From a virus (taxonomy: Duplodnaviria > Caudoviricetes): a stretch of DNA of 51,112 bases. The notes beneath the pieces were generated by a model. It saw nothing but the letters and a program-made list of their open reading frames with translations, did no database searches and was not told the DNA's origin. Below, piece after piece: positions 9,409-19,588 of this stretch. Position 1 is the first letter of the stretch, and the number at the start of each line of letters is the position of its first letter. The DNA lies in IMG/VR virus record IMGVR_UViG_3300027798_000058, positions 1 through 51,112 of that record; one strand, 5' to 3'. A program made the translations under genes and the position numbers.

Positions 9409-10257
9409 ATGGTAGGAACATTCCAGCCTTTAATGAGTGACCAAAAGATTGTAGATGAGGCAGGCAGGCCCACTCAATACTTTATTCGTTTCATGCAAGA
9501 AAAGCAAAACGAAATAGGTGCTTCGATAGACGAGCCGCAAGCAACTGCCGCTGCAATAACTGAGATAGACGCGTTTGCTGCTGATAGAGATGTTATTGCA
9601 GGCGCAGGTCTTACTGGCGGCGGGGCATTGTCTTCAGACGTAACCCTTAACGTTGGAGCAGGTACAGGCATTAGTGTTGCGGCAGACAGTGTTGGTCTTG
9701 CGAACACTGCGGTCACTCCTGGTAGCTATACTAACACCAATTTAACTGTTGATGCTCAAGGACGTTTGACTGCCGCTAGTAACGGAAGCGGCGGTGGCGG
9801 GGGTTCTTCCTGGGCGCTTATTAATACTAATACTATTTCTACCCCAGTTGCAAACGTAGATTTTACAGGCCTAGGTGCATATAGCGACCTAATGGTTGTC
9901 ACAAGGAGTGCGGTACTCAGCGTTGCAGGCACTATGTCAATGCGGGTAAGTGTAGATAACGGGGCTAGCTATTTTGCAGCCACTGGCGATTACACGGTTT
10001 TTCCCTCCTCAGGCGCGGAGACACTCGCTAACCTTATCGGGCTTACAGGCACAAACTCATCAGCGGCGAGGTCATCAATCGTTAGACTTTATGGTACGAG
10101 CCTTACCAGTCCTGTTAAAGTAATCCACCGCATTACTCGTGACGACACCTCAAGCGTTTTATTTTTAGGCAGCTCGTCCCCAATAAACGCAATTACATTG
10201 TTCCCGTCAGCCGGAGGAAACATCAGTTCCGGGACAATATATTTGTTTGCAAGGTAA
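9409..10257 (+). CDS. tail needle/fibre protein
   Basis: AG.GLTGGG.LSSDVTL and VTPGSYTN.N.TVDAQGRLTAASNG fibre motifs, Gly linker, C-terminal domain shared with 1702-2460. Confidence 0.7.
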   Translation: MVGTFQPLMSDQKIVDEAGRPTQYFIRFMQEKQNEIGASIDEPQATAAAITEIDAFAADRDVIAGAGLTGGGALSSDVTLNVGAGTGISVAADSVGLANTAVTPGSYTNTNLTVDAQGRLTAASNGSGGGGGSSWALINTNTISTPVANVDFTGLGAYSDLMVVTRSAVLSVAGTMSMRVSVDNGASYFAATGDYTVFPSSGAETLANLIGLTGTNSSAARSSIVRLYGTSLTSPVKVIHRITRDDTSSVLFLGSSSPINAITLFPSAGGNISSGTIYLFAR

Positions 10258-10261
10258 CCGA

Positions 10262-10690
10262 GTGACAGTAACTCGCACACACAACATCGACATTATTAAC
10301 AAAGCTACTGAAGATTACAAGCACGAGCTAACAGGTTTTGTCCCTGACTTCTGGCTTTGTATTCCTACTAACGTAGCGTTAACTAATGAGTACGGCGACG
10401 TAGCCTTGTTCGAACGAAAAGCGGAACTAGCTGGTACAGTAATGGGCCATTACTTCTTTCACTCTCGTGGCAAGCAAGCGCGTACTACTGCAAAAGAAAT
10501 GATACGTGAAATATTTACGGGACCTTATGATGTTACTTCCATCACAGGCCTTACGCCTATTGAAAAGAGGGGCGCTCTTTGGATGAACCGACAACTAGGT
10601 TTCAGCCATGAAGAAGAAGTATTTACAACAGCGGGGCCTTGTCGTTTCGTACTACTAACAAAACAAGAATGGGAATTGCTTCATGGGTAA
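10262..10690 (+). CDS. GNAT-fold virion assembly protein (P22 gp14-like position)
   Basis: H.FF..RG..A and ITGLTP....A......LGF pattern. GTG at 10262 preferred over TTG at 10247. Confidence 0.55.
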   Translation: MTVTRTHNIDIINKATEDYKHELTGFVPDFWLCIPTNVALTNEYGDVALFERKAELAGTVMGHYFFHSRGKQARTTAKEMIREIFTGPYDVTSITGLTPIEKRGALWMNRQLGFSHEEEVFTTAGPCRFVLLTKQEWELLHG

Positions 10691-11357
10691 GATAATGCAG
10701 TCTGTCTTTGGCGGTAAAAGGTCAAAGCAAGAATCAAAGAACCTTGCGTATCCTGACCTAAAACAGGATTTTGGCGGCCTGCAAAGTAACGCTACGACGG
10801 GAGCAAATTCTCTTAACGCCCTGTTGTCCGGGGATACAACTGGTTTTGACCAGTTTAAAAAGTCTACTGGCTATGACTTTATGTCAGAGCAAGGCTCTCG
10901 TGGTATCACAGGCAATGCTGCCGCTCGTGGCCTCCTGCGTTCCGGCTCGTCGGGCAGGGCCTTGATGAACTACGGCAATCAGATGAATAACCAATACGCC
11001 AAGGACTACATGGATCGTCTTGGCAGTCAAGCTGAGATGGGCTTTAAAGCCGGTGGTTTGATTAGCGGCGCTGGTAACTATACCAAGGGAACTTCATCTG
11101 AGAAGCCAGACATCACTAAATACATTGGTATGATAGCCGCTTCTGATGAGCGTCTTAAACAGAACATCAAAAAGATTGGTGACTTCGGAGACGTTGGCAT
11201 GTACCGCTACCACTACATCAGCGGGCAAGGCCCGTACGTTGGGGTAATGGCGCAAGAAGTTGAGGAGCATTATCCTGAAGCACTTGGTCCAGTCATTGGT
11301 GGTTACATGACCGTAGACTACGGCAAACTCCGGGAGATTGTAAATGAACTTTCTTAA
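10683..11357 (+). CDS. ejection/pilot protein with C-terminal S74-type intramolecular chaperone domain
   Basis: GY.F...QG.......AAARGLL.SG...AL..YG pilot motif, then SDERLKQNI..YRY.Y..GVMAQEV..P.A..VDY. Confidence 0.75.
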   Translation: MGKIMQSVFGGKRSKQESKNLAYPDLKQDFGGLQSNATTGANSLNALLSGDTTGFDQFKKSTGYDFMSEQGSRGITGNAAARGLLRSGSSGRALMNYGNQMNNQYAKDYMDRLGSQAEMGFKAGGLISGAGNYTKGTSSEKPDITKYIGMIAASDERLKQNIKKIGDFGDVGMYRYHYISGQGPYVGVMAQEVEEHYPEALGPVIGGYMTVDYGKLREIVNELS

Positions 11358-12429
11358 TCTGCTGCTGCAAAGCATAGCTCCTGGCGCTTCTGGCAATAAC
11401 CAAAACTATGACGATGAACTGACGCCCGAGCAAATAGCGGAGATGGAGCGAGACGGCATTAATGTAATGGGTAGTAAAAGAGTTATTGAAGAAGCTCCTC
11501 CTCCCCCGCCTAGCTACCGTCAACCCGATCCTCGCCCACAGTCTCGGAATCCATCGTACACAGATCCTGCTGAACGGCCGGAAGTAACTCCGCGGTACGT
11601 CACAACCGATGACCGCATGCCTCCTACCGAAGAAGAGATGAGAGAACTCCTTCCTCGTAAGAGGGGTTACTGGGGTACTACGGGTAAAGCCCGAGATATC
11701 CTGGGCACAATTAGCGATGCCTTTCTTGTACAGGGCGGTGAGAAACCCATGTACAGGAATCTTCGTGACCAAGAACGAATAGCTGACGCTTTGTATGGCG
11801 CCACCGATGATCCTATGGCGGCAGTAGAACGTCTGGCTATGATGGGTTATGGTAAAGAGGCTGCTGATTTTCTAAAAGAAACCCAAACTAATCAGTATAA
11901 TACGGCAAACTTACAAAGCCAAAACGCCGGACGTCAATCACTTGCAAACGACCGTGCGTTTGACAATAAAGACAAAGGCTTCAATCGCATAGCTCGGTGG
12001 ACTGCTGGCGGTGTTCCGTATCCTAAGCTAGTAACTGCTGCTGCAAACTATGGCATCACTGAAGAAGAGTTGAATGGTCTGGGCATAACGCCAGACATGA
12101 CCGATGAACAACGTAGTCAAATTGGTGCAATGGATATGACTGTTAATCAGCAGTTCATGTTACCAATTCAACAGCAAAGGGCTGACGCAACGACAAGCCA
12201 AGCGCTCTCGTCACGCATCAGGGCTAACCGTGCCCCTGCTGGGCGTGCTCCTCCTCGTCCTGAATCCGCTAGCGAATTTGAAGCACGTATTAGAGGTAAG
12301 ATTGCTAACGGTACAGCTACTCAAGCAGAGATTAATTCTCTGAGTGTAGGCAAACGCACAAGCGGCAATGGTCGCAGGCCGGTAACCCCTGAGCCCTCAC
12401 CTAGATTCCGTATATTAAATCCTAAGTAA
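11344..12429 (+). CDS. ejection (internal virion) protein
   Basis: Position between the pilot and the large ejection gene; Pro-rich and helical. Confidence 0.55.
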   Translation: MNFLNLLLQSIAPGASGNNQNYDDELTPEQIAEMERDGINVMGSKRVIEEAPPPPPSYRQPDPRPQSRNPSYTDPAERPEVTPRYVTTDDRMPPTEEEMRELLPRKRGYWGTTGKARDILGTISDAFLVQGGEKPMYRNLRDQERIADALYGATDDPMAAVERLAMMGYGKEAADFLKETQTNQYNTANLQSQNAGRQSLANDRAFDNKDKGFNRIARWTAGGVPYPKLVTAAANYGITEEELNGLGITPDMTDEQRSQIGAMDMTVNQQFMLPIQQQRADATTSQALSSRIRANRAPAGRAPPRPESASEFEARIRGKIANGTATQAEINSLSVGKRTSGNGRRPVTPEPSPRFRILNPK

Positions 12430-12443
12430 TCTGGAGAAAAGAA

Positions 12444-15400
12444 TTGGCCGAGAAGCTATTCGTTTATAAAGTAGAAGATAGCGAAACCGGAGAAATCTAC
12501 GATGTAGAAGGCCCCGAAGGAGCTACTGCTGATGAGCTAGGAGAATTTGTTCTATCTCAAAACCTCGGCCAATCTTCTCCAGCCCCTGCCCAACAAGTTG
12601 CGCCTACCCAACAGCAAGCCCCGGCTATCCGTGCTCCTGGTGTAGACAAATCAACTGCTACTATGGCTTTGCCAGATACCTATAACAATGTGACTCGTAG
12701 TCTCGAGACTGTGCCCGGTGCTCAAGACTATATTAACAAAGCATTCTTCGGGAATAAAAGCTTTGGAGAACTGCAACGTGGGTGGGCAGAGATGTCAGCT
12801 CCAGGCCAGCCATTCGAAGGCATCCCTCTCGGCCCTACTACTCCTGCTGTCTGGGCCGAAGCTCGTCGTCGGTACGCCACAAACCCAACAGACAAACAGT
12901 TCTACGATACCTATGGCGTAGCTGCTCCTGTTAATCGTCCTACTGGTGTTGCTGATGAAAAAACTCCTGACTCAATGTTGGGAGAGTTTGGTAACGCAGC
13001 TGTCCGCTCTGCGTCTAACATGGCTAACAGCACCATTGGTCTGACTGCACAAGCAGCTGACATTGTAGGCGCTGATGAAACAGCAGAAGCTCTGCTCGAT
13101 GGTTACTTGTACAACCAAGCTGCTATTAACCAGACCTATCCGTCAGGCGCTAAGAACGTTGTAGACATACGGTCTTTCGGTGACGCGGGCATGAAAGCTG
13201 CCGCCATTCTTGGTGAGCTGACTCCACAGCTGGCTTCTTCCGTCGGCTTCGGTCTTATCGGCACGGCAGCTGCTAAGAAAATTGCTATGAGTACGGTCGA
13301 GCAAAGTGTCATAGACCTAGTAGAAAGCGGTATACAAAAAGAAATCGCTGAGCAGATGGTCCTCAAGACTGTGCAAGCTAAGGCGGCACGGGGCGCTATT
13401 GCTGGTACTACTGCATCTTCCGTAGCTCAATCGTCTGGTTCTATCTATGGCGACACCTATGGCGCTAACGGAGAACGCAGTCCTTGGCTATCTTTGTTTG
13501 CTGGTACAGCTGCTGGTAGCCTTGATGCCATTCTTCCCGCTATTGTAGCCAAGCGTCTTGGCCTCAACGGCGCTGTCGCTGACACAGCTATTGCACAAAG
13601 TCTTGTTAAGAAAGTTGGCAAGGACGCCGCCTCTGCTTTCCTAATGGAGGGCGGAACAGAAGCCCTTCAAACTATTATCGAAAATCTGCCTGCTGGCAAG
13701 TCAATCAACTGGGATAGTGTAGTAGAAGCGGCATTGTCTGGTGGCTTTGGCGGGTCTGTAGCTGGTGGCGCATCGAGTGCCTATGAAGGCAGCGTACAGA
13801 ATAAGGCTTTAGCTCAAGCGGCTCCCCCGAAGAATGCCTTCGAAGGGGACCCTATCAGTGTGCCTACCACACGGGGCAAGCGTGACGGCAAGAAGTACCT
13901 TGGCCAGATTGACAAGACTCAGAATGAAGTAGTTGCTCGTGTCGACCAGCTTACCCAGACCTGGGAGAACAAGCCTGTCTTCGAAGTATATAAGAACTTC
14001 AATGACGTAGACGGGATACCTAACGACACCGTTGGCGTGTACCGTGACGGCAAGGTGTACCTAAACACAGAAGCTATCGTTGCTGAAGCCAAGCAACGTG
14101 ACGTTACTCCTGATGACATCGTGTCATCGGTTACCTACCACGAAGCGCTTGGTCACTACGGTCTTACTCAGCAGTTCGGGGATGCGCTAGACACTACCCT
14201 GTCTAAAATCCTAGCCAACAGCACTATCTACCAGCAACGTGTAAACAACTGGATGGCTAAGAATCCTAACGCATATCCAGGCCGCGACAACCGTGACATA
14301 CTTGCCTTAGAAGAAATCCTAGCAGAGCGTAGTGAGAAAGGTCACATGCCTGCGTCCATCATTAACATCTTCAAGAACCAGATTAAGGACTTCGGTCGGC
14401 GAATGGGCCTTGACCTGCAGTACTCTACTCGTGAAGTAGAAACTATCCTTGGTATGGCACATGCTGCTGTAGTTAAGGGTCCGGCTCGTGATGTCCGCGA
14501 CAATGGCTATCGTACTATGTACGCCGGTGTTAACGCAGCTAATCCGCCTAAGACTTGGTTGGGCATGCGTGACGAGAAGCGTTGGTTCTCTGGGCCTGAC
14601 GGTCTTGCTCGCTTTGAGTTCTCTGACGCAAACGCTAAGCTATTTGAGGATGACCTCAAAAGACTTGCGGGTACTGCTACGTATCTGCCTGCAGTTCTGG
14701 AACACAAAGAACTGTTCAAGCAATACCCTCAACTACGAGACACTCGTATTGTAATGAGGGACATGGCGCCCGGTTTTCTGGGATCGTATGACCCAAGCAA
14801 GAATCTTATTGCTGTATCTACTACAAACCCTGACAAGCTTGGCACAATTTTGCATGAAATTCAGCACAACATTCAAGAGATTGAAGGCTTTGCCAAAGGC
14901 GGCAATTCCGAGACGGCTGTTGATTCGCTAAATCCTGAGATGACTTTACGGGCTGGCAAGAACCTTCTTGATTATAACAAGAAGAAGACGCAACAATTGG
15001 CTGTCGAAGTAGGGGCTATAGCAGCTGCTCGTGACATGCCAGAAGGCAGGCAAGTAATTGAAAATGCTGCTGTCGCTCGGGAAATCTACGCTGAGATGGA
15101 CGCTCGTGAGCGTTTCTTACAAGAAGAAAGCGAAAAGTTTAACTTTGGCAATCGTCTGACTAGAGACGATCTTCTGCAAGACTTTGAATATAATAAACTT
15201 AACGAAGAATACCGAAGTTTCTTTCTTGGCGTACAGGAAGTTGGAAGAAAGGCTTTGCGGACTGCCTTGTTCCCACAAGGATACTTCCAAGCATCTAAGC
15301 AAGACCAGCAAGAATGGGGTGACCTAAAGTATGCCCTAGAAGCTGGTCCTGAATACATGGCAACCAAGGAGCAGGACCTCTACGAAGCTGAGCAGCAGCT

Positions 15401-17984
15401 TGGCTATCTCGAAGAAGATATCCAGAACAATAAAACTGATTTCATAAAGATACAATTGAAGAAAGACGAGAATCTTAATTTCCAAGCATACGAATCGCTG
15501 CTTGGGGAAGTGGAGGCCCGTGACACTCAAGCTCGTCAGTACATGACTGATGCTGAACGTGCTGAGACTCCTGCTTACACATCGCAGAACGACACAGTCC
15601 CTGCTGACAACTACGTAATCAGCGGTGTTGTTAAACCGGACGACGCTGAAACTGTACAGCTCAGAGAAGCATATGACCTTGCTGATGCGGCGGTTGTGGC
15701 AGCTGAAGCGGAATACACTGAAGCCGCTCAAGAGTTTGCCGACATTCTTGCAGAAGCTAACGCAGCAAATCGTAGTACTGCTGACGGATACTTGGCAACT
15801 CCTGACGGGCAGAAAGTAACTAAGCACCCCTCTAAAGCTAGGGAGACAGCTGCGATCAGAGCCTTACACGACGCAAGAAATGCTAGGTACGAAGCTAAGG
15901 CTGCTCTTGACGCAAAGCTGAATGCATCTGCTGTTAAGTTGTCGCAGGAGAATCCGAACGACAAGTACATGCGTATGTCCTCACCTGACAAGGTGCTGTA
16001 CACTGAAGATGAAATCAGTGCGATGACTCCCGAAGAGTTGTTTGATTCTGAGAACGCATTGAACATACTCAACGGTATGATGGAAGGCTACACGCCTACT
16101 GTTATGTCTCTTGACGAACTCAAGGGAGAGGTAGAAGCTCGTGGCTTGTCCCCTTCCAAGATTATCCGTAAGAACGGTATCGGCGCAGGTGAGCTAGTAA
16201 AGCGCTTGCAAATGTACGACATCGCTATGATTAAGATGAACGAACGTCTGTCTACCCTGTGGGAAAAGACACAAACAGGCAAGTTCACGATGGCCGACAA
16301 GGACGCCTACTTACGCGGGCTCTTTAAGCGTGACGAAATGGCTGCTCGTATCTTCGAGGACCAATCAGAAATAGCCCGTGCACTAGCCTCTTATAAGAGT
16401 CTTGTGTATACCCGTCGTCGTGTTAAGGGCATGCAGGAAACGTTGCTGCAGTTCAAGGAAGGAACGCCTTACGCTTCTCTCAATGACCCAGAAGTATTCT
16501 ACAAGTTTGCTTCACAGATTCAAGCGGAGATTGAGGCCAACAAGCAGAAGGCTAAGGACGCTGGCAAGGAATACTTGGGCAACGCCCTGAACCTGCCACG
16601 TGCGCTTATGTCTTCGATGGACCTTAGTGCACCGCTGCGTCAGGGTATCTTCCTCATACATAAGGCAGCGTGGTGGAGGTCTTTCTTCCAGATGTTCCGC
16701 TATGCTGGTGACCAGAAAGCGTTCGACGATTTAATGGAGGGCATTGCTGGCAGCAACATGTACTCATTAATGGTTGACTCTAAGCTGGCCCTGTCTAACA
16801 TGGGCTCTAAGCTTAGTGCCCGTGAAGAAGACTTCATGTCTACGTGGGCAGAAAAACTGCCTGTTGTCGGCAGGTTTGTGCGAGGTTCGGAACGAGCCTA
16901 TGTAGGGTTCCTTAACAAGTTACGGGCTGATGTCTTTACCGAACTGGTAACAAAGCTTGGTGATAATTATACTGAAAAAGATCTGACAGATATTGCAGGT
17001 TTTATTAACGCAGCTAGTGGTCGCGGCAATATGCCGGAAGCTTTGAACAAGGCTGCTCCTGTTCTCAACTCTCTGTTCTTCTCGCCTCGTCTAATGGCTT
17101 CGCGCCTTAAGATGACGACTGCTTTGATTGACCCGCGTACCTATATCACAATGAGCAAGACGGCTCGTAATGAGTACATTAAGTCTATCTTAACAGTGGG
17201 CGGATTGGCCTTGCTTATCAATACTCTTGCTAGTATGGGCGGAGCCGAGACAGAAGAAGATCCACGAGCGTCAGACTTTGGAAAGCTTAAGTTCGGCAAC
17301 ACTCGGTATGATATACTAGGTGGCGAAGGCCAGTACATTACCCTAGCAGCACGTATTGCTGCGGATTCATACAAGACAACTGATGGTGAAGTCAAGCCTT
17401 ATGGCACTAAGTTCGGTCAGACTAATCGGCTGGACGCTATTGGCAAGTTTCTTACCAACAAAGCGGCCCCTATTCCATCGTTCGTAATGGACTACTTCCG
17501 CGGCACGGATGCCGTAGGTAAAAAGTTTGAGATGGATAGCGCTGTAATGTCTCGGTTTGTTCCGATGTACCTTGCTGATATGCAAGAAAACATGGCAGAG
17601 GAAGGCATCCCTACTGGGTTAGCTATGTCTGTTCCTGGTTTGTTCGGCGTTGGTACGCAGACTTATGCGCCTGCTTCTACCCAAACAGATGAAAAGCTAG
17701 AGGCTCCTGATGAGTTCAACATGGTCGATGCAGTTGACGGTGACTACCCGTTTGCTACTGCAAAGGACGGAAAGATAACTCTGAAACCTGGGGCTAAAGA
17801 AGAGTGGGCATCGCGTCAGAACTTCTACTACAAAGAGTGGATGAAAGACGAGATGGCAAAACCTACTTGGAAGAAACTTGACAACAAGGCTAAGAAAGAC
17901 ATCATCAAAGATGTTCGGGCAGACGCCCGCAAGGAAGCTAAAGCAGACATGCTTGAGTTACTACAAATTCAGGAAGGCGAATAA
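12444..17984 (+). CDS. large polyvalent ejection protein with zincin-like and LPD23-like domains
   Basis: TTG start with GGAG RBS. HEALGH motif at about 14139; WF.GPDG..RFE.SD...HEIQH.IQ.IEGF..GG...GEVEAR block. Confidence 0.75.
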   Translation: MAEKLFVYKVEDSETGEIYDVEGPEGATADELGEFVLSQNLGQSSPAPAQQVAPTQQQAPAIRAPGVDKSTATMALPDTYNNVTRSLETVPGAQDYINKAFFGNKSFGELQRGWAEMSAPGQPFEGIPLGPTTPAVWAEARRRYATNPTDKQFYDTYGVAAPVNRPTGVADEKTPDSMLGEFGNAAVRSASNMANSTIGLTAQAADIVGADETAEALLDGYLYNQAAINQTYPSGAKNVVDIRSFGDAGMKAAAILGELTPQLASSVGFGLIGTAAAKKIAMSTVEQSVIDLVESGIQKEIAEQMVLKTVQAKAARGAIAGTTASSVAQSSGSIYGDTYGANGERSPWLSLFAGTAAGSLDAILPAIVAKRLGLNGAVADTAIAQSLVKKVGKDAASAFLMEGGTEALQTIIENLPAGKSINWDSVVEAALSGGFGGSVAGGASSAYEGSVQNKALAQAAPPKNAFEGDPISVPTTRGKRDGKKYLGQIDKTQNEVVARVDQLTQTWENKPVFEVYKNFNDVDGIPNDTVGVYRDGKVYLNTEAIVAEAKQRDVTPDDIVSSVTYHEALGHYGLTQQFGDALDTTLSKILANSTIYQQRVNNWMAKNPNAYPGRDNRDILALEEILAERSEKGHMPASIINIFKNQIKDFGRRMGLDLQYSTREVETILGMAHAAVVKGPARDVRDNGYRTMYAGVNAANPPKTWLGMRDEKRWFSGPDGLARFEFSDANAKLFEDDLKRLAGTATYLPAVLEHKELFKQYPQLRDTRIVMRDMAPGFLGSYDPSKNLIAVSTTNPDKLGTILHEIQHNIQEIEGFAKGGNSETAVDSLNPEMTLRAGKNLLDYNKKKTQQLAVEVGAIAAARDMPEGRQVIENAAVAREIYAEMDARERFLQEESEKFNFGNRLTRDDLLQDFEYNKLNEEYRSFFLGVQEVGRKALRTALFPQGYFQASKQDQQEWGDLKYALEAGPEYMATKEQDLYEAEQQLGYLEEDIQNNKTDFIKIQLKKDENLNFQAYESLLGEVEARDTQARQYMTDAERAETPAYTSQNDTVPADNYVISGVVKPDDAETVQLREAYDLADAAVVAAEAEYTEAAQEFADILAEANAANRSTADGYLATPDGQKVTKHPSKARETAAIRALHDARNARYEAKAALDAKLNASAVKLSQENPNDKYMRMSSPDKVLYTEDEISAMTPEELFDSENALNILNGMMEGYTPTVMSLDELKGEVEARGLSPSKIIRKNGIGAGELVKRLQMYDIAMIKMNERLSTLWEKTQTGKFTMADKDAYLRGLFKRDEMAARIFEDQSEIARALASYKSLVYTRRRVKGMQETLLQFKEGTPYASLNDPEVFYKFASQIQAEIEANKQKAKDAGKEYLGNALNLPRALMSSMDLSAPLRQGIFLIHKAAWWRSFFQMFRYAGDQKAFDDLMEGIAGSNMYSLMVDSKLALSNMGSKLSAREEDFMSTWAEKLPVVGRFVRGSERAYVGFLNKLRADVFTELVTKLGDNYTEKDLTDIAGFINAASGRGNMPEALNKAAPVLNSLFFSPRLMASRLKMTTALIDPRTYITMSKTARNEYIKSILTVGGLALLINTLASMGGAETEEDPRASDFGKLKFGNTRYDILGGEGQYITLAARIAADSYKTTDGEVKPYGTKFGQTNRLDAIGKFLTNKAAPIPSFVMDYFRGTDAVGKKFEMDSAVMSRFVPMYLADMQENMAEEGIPTGLAMSVPGLFGVGTQTYAPASTQTDEKLEAPDEFNMVDAVDGDYPFATAKDGKITLKPGAKEEWASRQNFYYKEWMKDEMAKPTWKKLDNKAKKDIIKDVRADARKEAKADMLELLQIQEGE

Positions 17985-17987
17985 GAA

Positions 17988-18200
17988 ATGTCAATGGCAA
18001 TTAAAGACGCAGAAAGAATTGCTGTTGTCGAGCATCAGGTGTCTAAGCTGGTTGAGGATGTCAAAAACATGGACGGCAAAATAGACCAGTTGTTGCAGCT
18101 AAAGTACAAAGGGATGGGGGCGTTCTGGTTTGCGTCCTTAATAGTAGGAACAGGCGTTGCTACTATGTTTACTACAATCGTAGCTTGGTTCAAAGGATAA
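17988..18200 (+). CDS. holin/antiholin-like membrane protein
   Basis: Coiled coil plus one C-terminal TM segment, directly before the endolysin. Confidence 0.55.
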   Translation: MSMAIKDAERIAVVEHQVSKLVEDVKNMDGKIDQLLQLKYKGMGAFWFASLIVGTGVATMFTTIVAWFKG

Positions 18201-18205
18201 TAAAC

Positions 18206-18682
18206 GTGAACTGGATGCAGACTGCTCGTGAGTCTATCGGCCTTAAAGAAGTCGTAGGCCCAAAACACAATACGACAATTCAGACGTGGCTCTCTAAGCT
18301 TGGCGCTTGGTGGAAAGATGATGAGATGCCGTGGTGTGGAACTTTTGTAGCCCACTGTCTGCGTGAATCTGGTCAGCCTGTCCCTCAACAATGGTATCGT
18401 GCACTGGCGTGGAAAGAGTACGGCTCTAACCTGCGTCCTACTCATGTATGTGAAGGAGCAATTCTTGTGTTCGCTCGTGAAGGCGGTGGTCACGTTGGGT
18501 TCTACGTAGGCGAAGACCGCTTCTATTACCGTGTACTTGGTGGCAATCAGAAGAACAGCGTCAACATTATGCGTATTGCTAAGAGCCGCTGTGTCGCTAT
18601 TCGCTGGCCCAAAGGTGTCCCCGTAATTGGTGGCCCTATCTTAGTTGCAACAAATGCTCCTGTCTCAGAGAATGAAGCATGA
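18206..18682 (+). CDS. endolysin, TIGR02594/NlpC-P60-like amidase
   Basis: DE.PWCG.FV, GGHVGF and LGGNQ motifs. GTG at 18206 follows an AAGGA RBS (ORF track start 18185). Confidence 0.85.
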   Translation: MNWMQTARESIGLKEVVGPKHNTTIQTWLSKLGAWWKDDEMPWCGTFVAHCLRESGQPVPQQWYRALAWKEYGSNLRPTHVCEGAILVFAREGGGHVGFYVGEDRFYYRVLGGNQKNSVNIMRIAKSRCVAIRWPKGVPVIGGPILVATNAPVSENEA

Positions 18683-18933
18683 GTTTAAGGGAGCGCCTAC
18701 TAAAGTTTGAAGCCGTTGCTCTTTGTGTAATGCGCAAGTGGTGGAGACCAGTCACTTGCATGTGGATTGCAGGAACCATGGCGGTGCACGGCGTAGTGGC
18801 TCCTCTCTACATGCTCTTTGCAAGAGGCGAGGCGCCAAGCGATATGACAGGACTGTCGTTGCTTGTAACGTCAGTGGCTGCAGCTTTTGCAGTTCGTGAA
18901 TGGGGTAAGATTAAAGGAGCAGACATTGACTAA
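18679..18933 (+). CDS. holin-like membrane protein
   Basis: WRP motif, two TM segments and a basic C-terminus. Confidence 0.6.
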   Translation: MSLRERLLKFEAVALCVMRKWWRPVTCMWIAGTMAVHGVVAPLYMLFARGEAPSDMTGLSLLVTSVAAAFAVREWGKIKGADID

Positions 18934-19276
18934 TGTACTTTCTATTATCTGGGGCTTCCGTCGATACTATGGGTACGTGGCCCTTCTGCTTGTCGTTGGA
19001 TGGCTATGGATTGCTAACTCCGGGCTGGAGAAAGATGTTCTTAAAGCAAAGCTTGCTAACACAGAGATGTTGTCAGCGCTAGACAAACAAAATGCGCGTG
19101 TCTCTCAGTTCGAAGACGAGGCCAAACGCCGCAAAGGCATAGCTGAAAAAGCTATGGCTTCAGCAAAGGTGATTGATAAAGCCCACGTTAATAAAGCAAA
19201 CCGCATTCTTCTTACTGTTCCCAAGACTAATGACGACTGCCTAGCTTCTCTTGAATTATTGCGGGAGTATCAATGA
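18926..19276 (+). CDS. inner-membrane spanin (Rz-like)
   Basis: N-terminal TM, coiled coil and C-terminal Cys; TTG at 18926 follows AAGGAG. Confidence 0.65.
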   Translation: MTNVLSIIWGFRRYYGYVALLLVVGWLWIANSGLEKDVLKAKLANTEMLSALDKQNARVSQFEDEAKRRKGIAEKAMASAKVIDKAHVNKANRILLTVPKTNDDCLASLELLREYQ

Positions 19277-19521
19277 TGCGTGTCTGGGTTTTCCCCTTGA
19301 TTTTTTTGGCGTTGACTGCCTGCTCTACTAAAACAATAGAAGTAAGAATACCTATTCCGGTGCCGTGTATTACTGAAACTATACCGGAACCTATTTACCC
19401 TATTGTTAAAGAAGATGCAGGTATATTTGAAAGAGTGAAGGCGCTACTTGCGGAACGAGAATTGCGTATTGGTTACGAGACCAAGTTACAAGCGGCACTG
19501 TCTGCTTGTGCAGAAATCTAA
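19273..19521 (+). CDS. outer-membrane spanin lipoprotein (Rz1-like)
   Basis: LTAC lipobox followed by a Pro-rich segment; implies a Gram-negative host. Confidence 0.7.
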   Translation: MMRVWVFPLIFLALTACSTKTIEVRIPIPVPCITETIPEPIYPIVKEDAGIFERVKALLAERELRIGYETKLQAALSACAEI

Positions 19522-19543
19522 CTGCTTTCCTACTATATAAAAC

Positions 19544-19584
19544 AAAACCCCCCTCCAGGCACAACGCTTAGAGGGGGGTTTTTT
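19544..19584. terminator. bidirectional intrinsic terminator
   Basis: AAAACCCCCCTC...GAGGGGGGTTTTTT between the convergent lysis and RNR genes. Confidence 0.85.
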
Positions 19585-19588
19585 ATTG

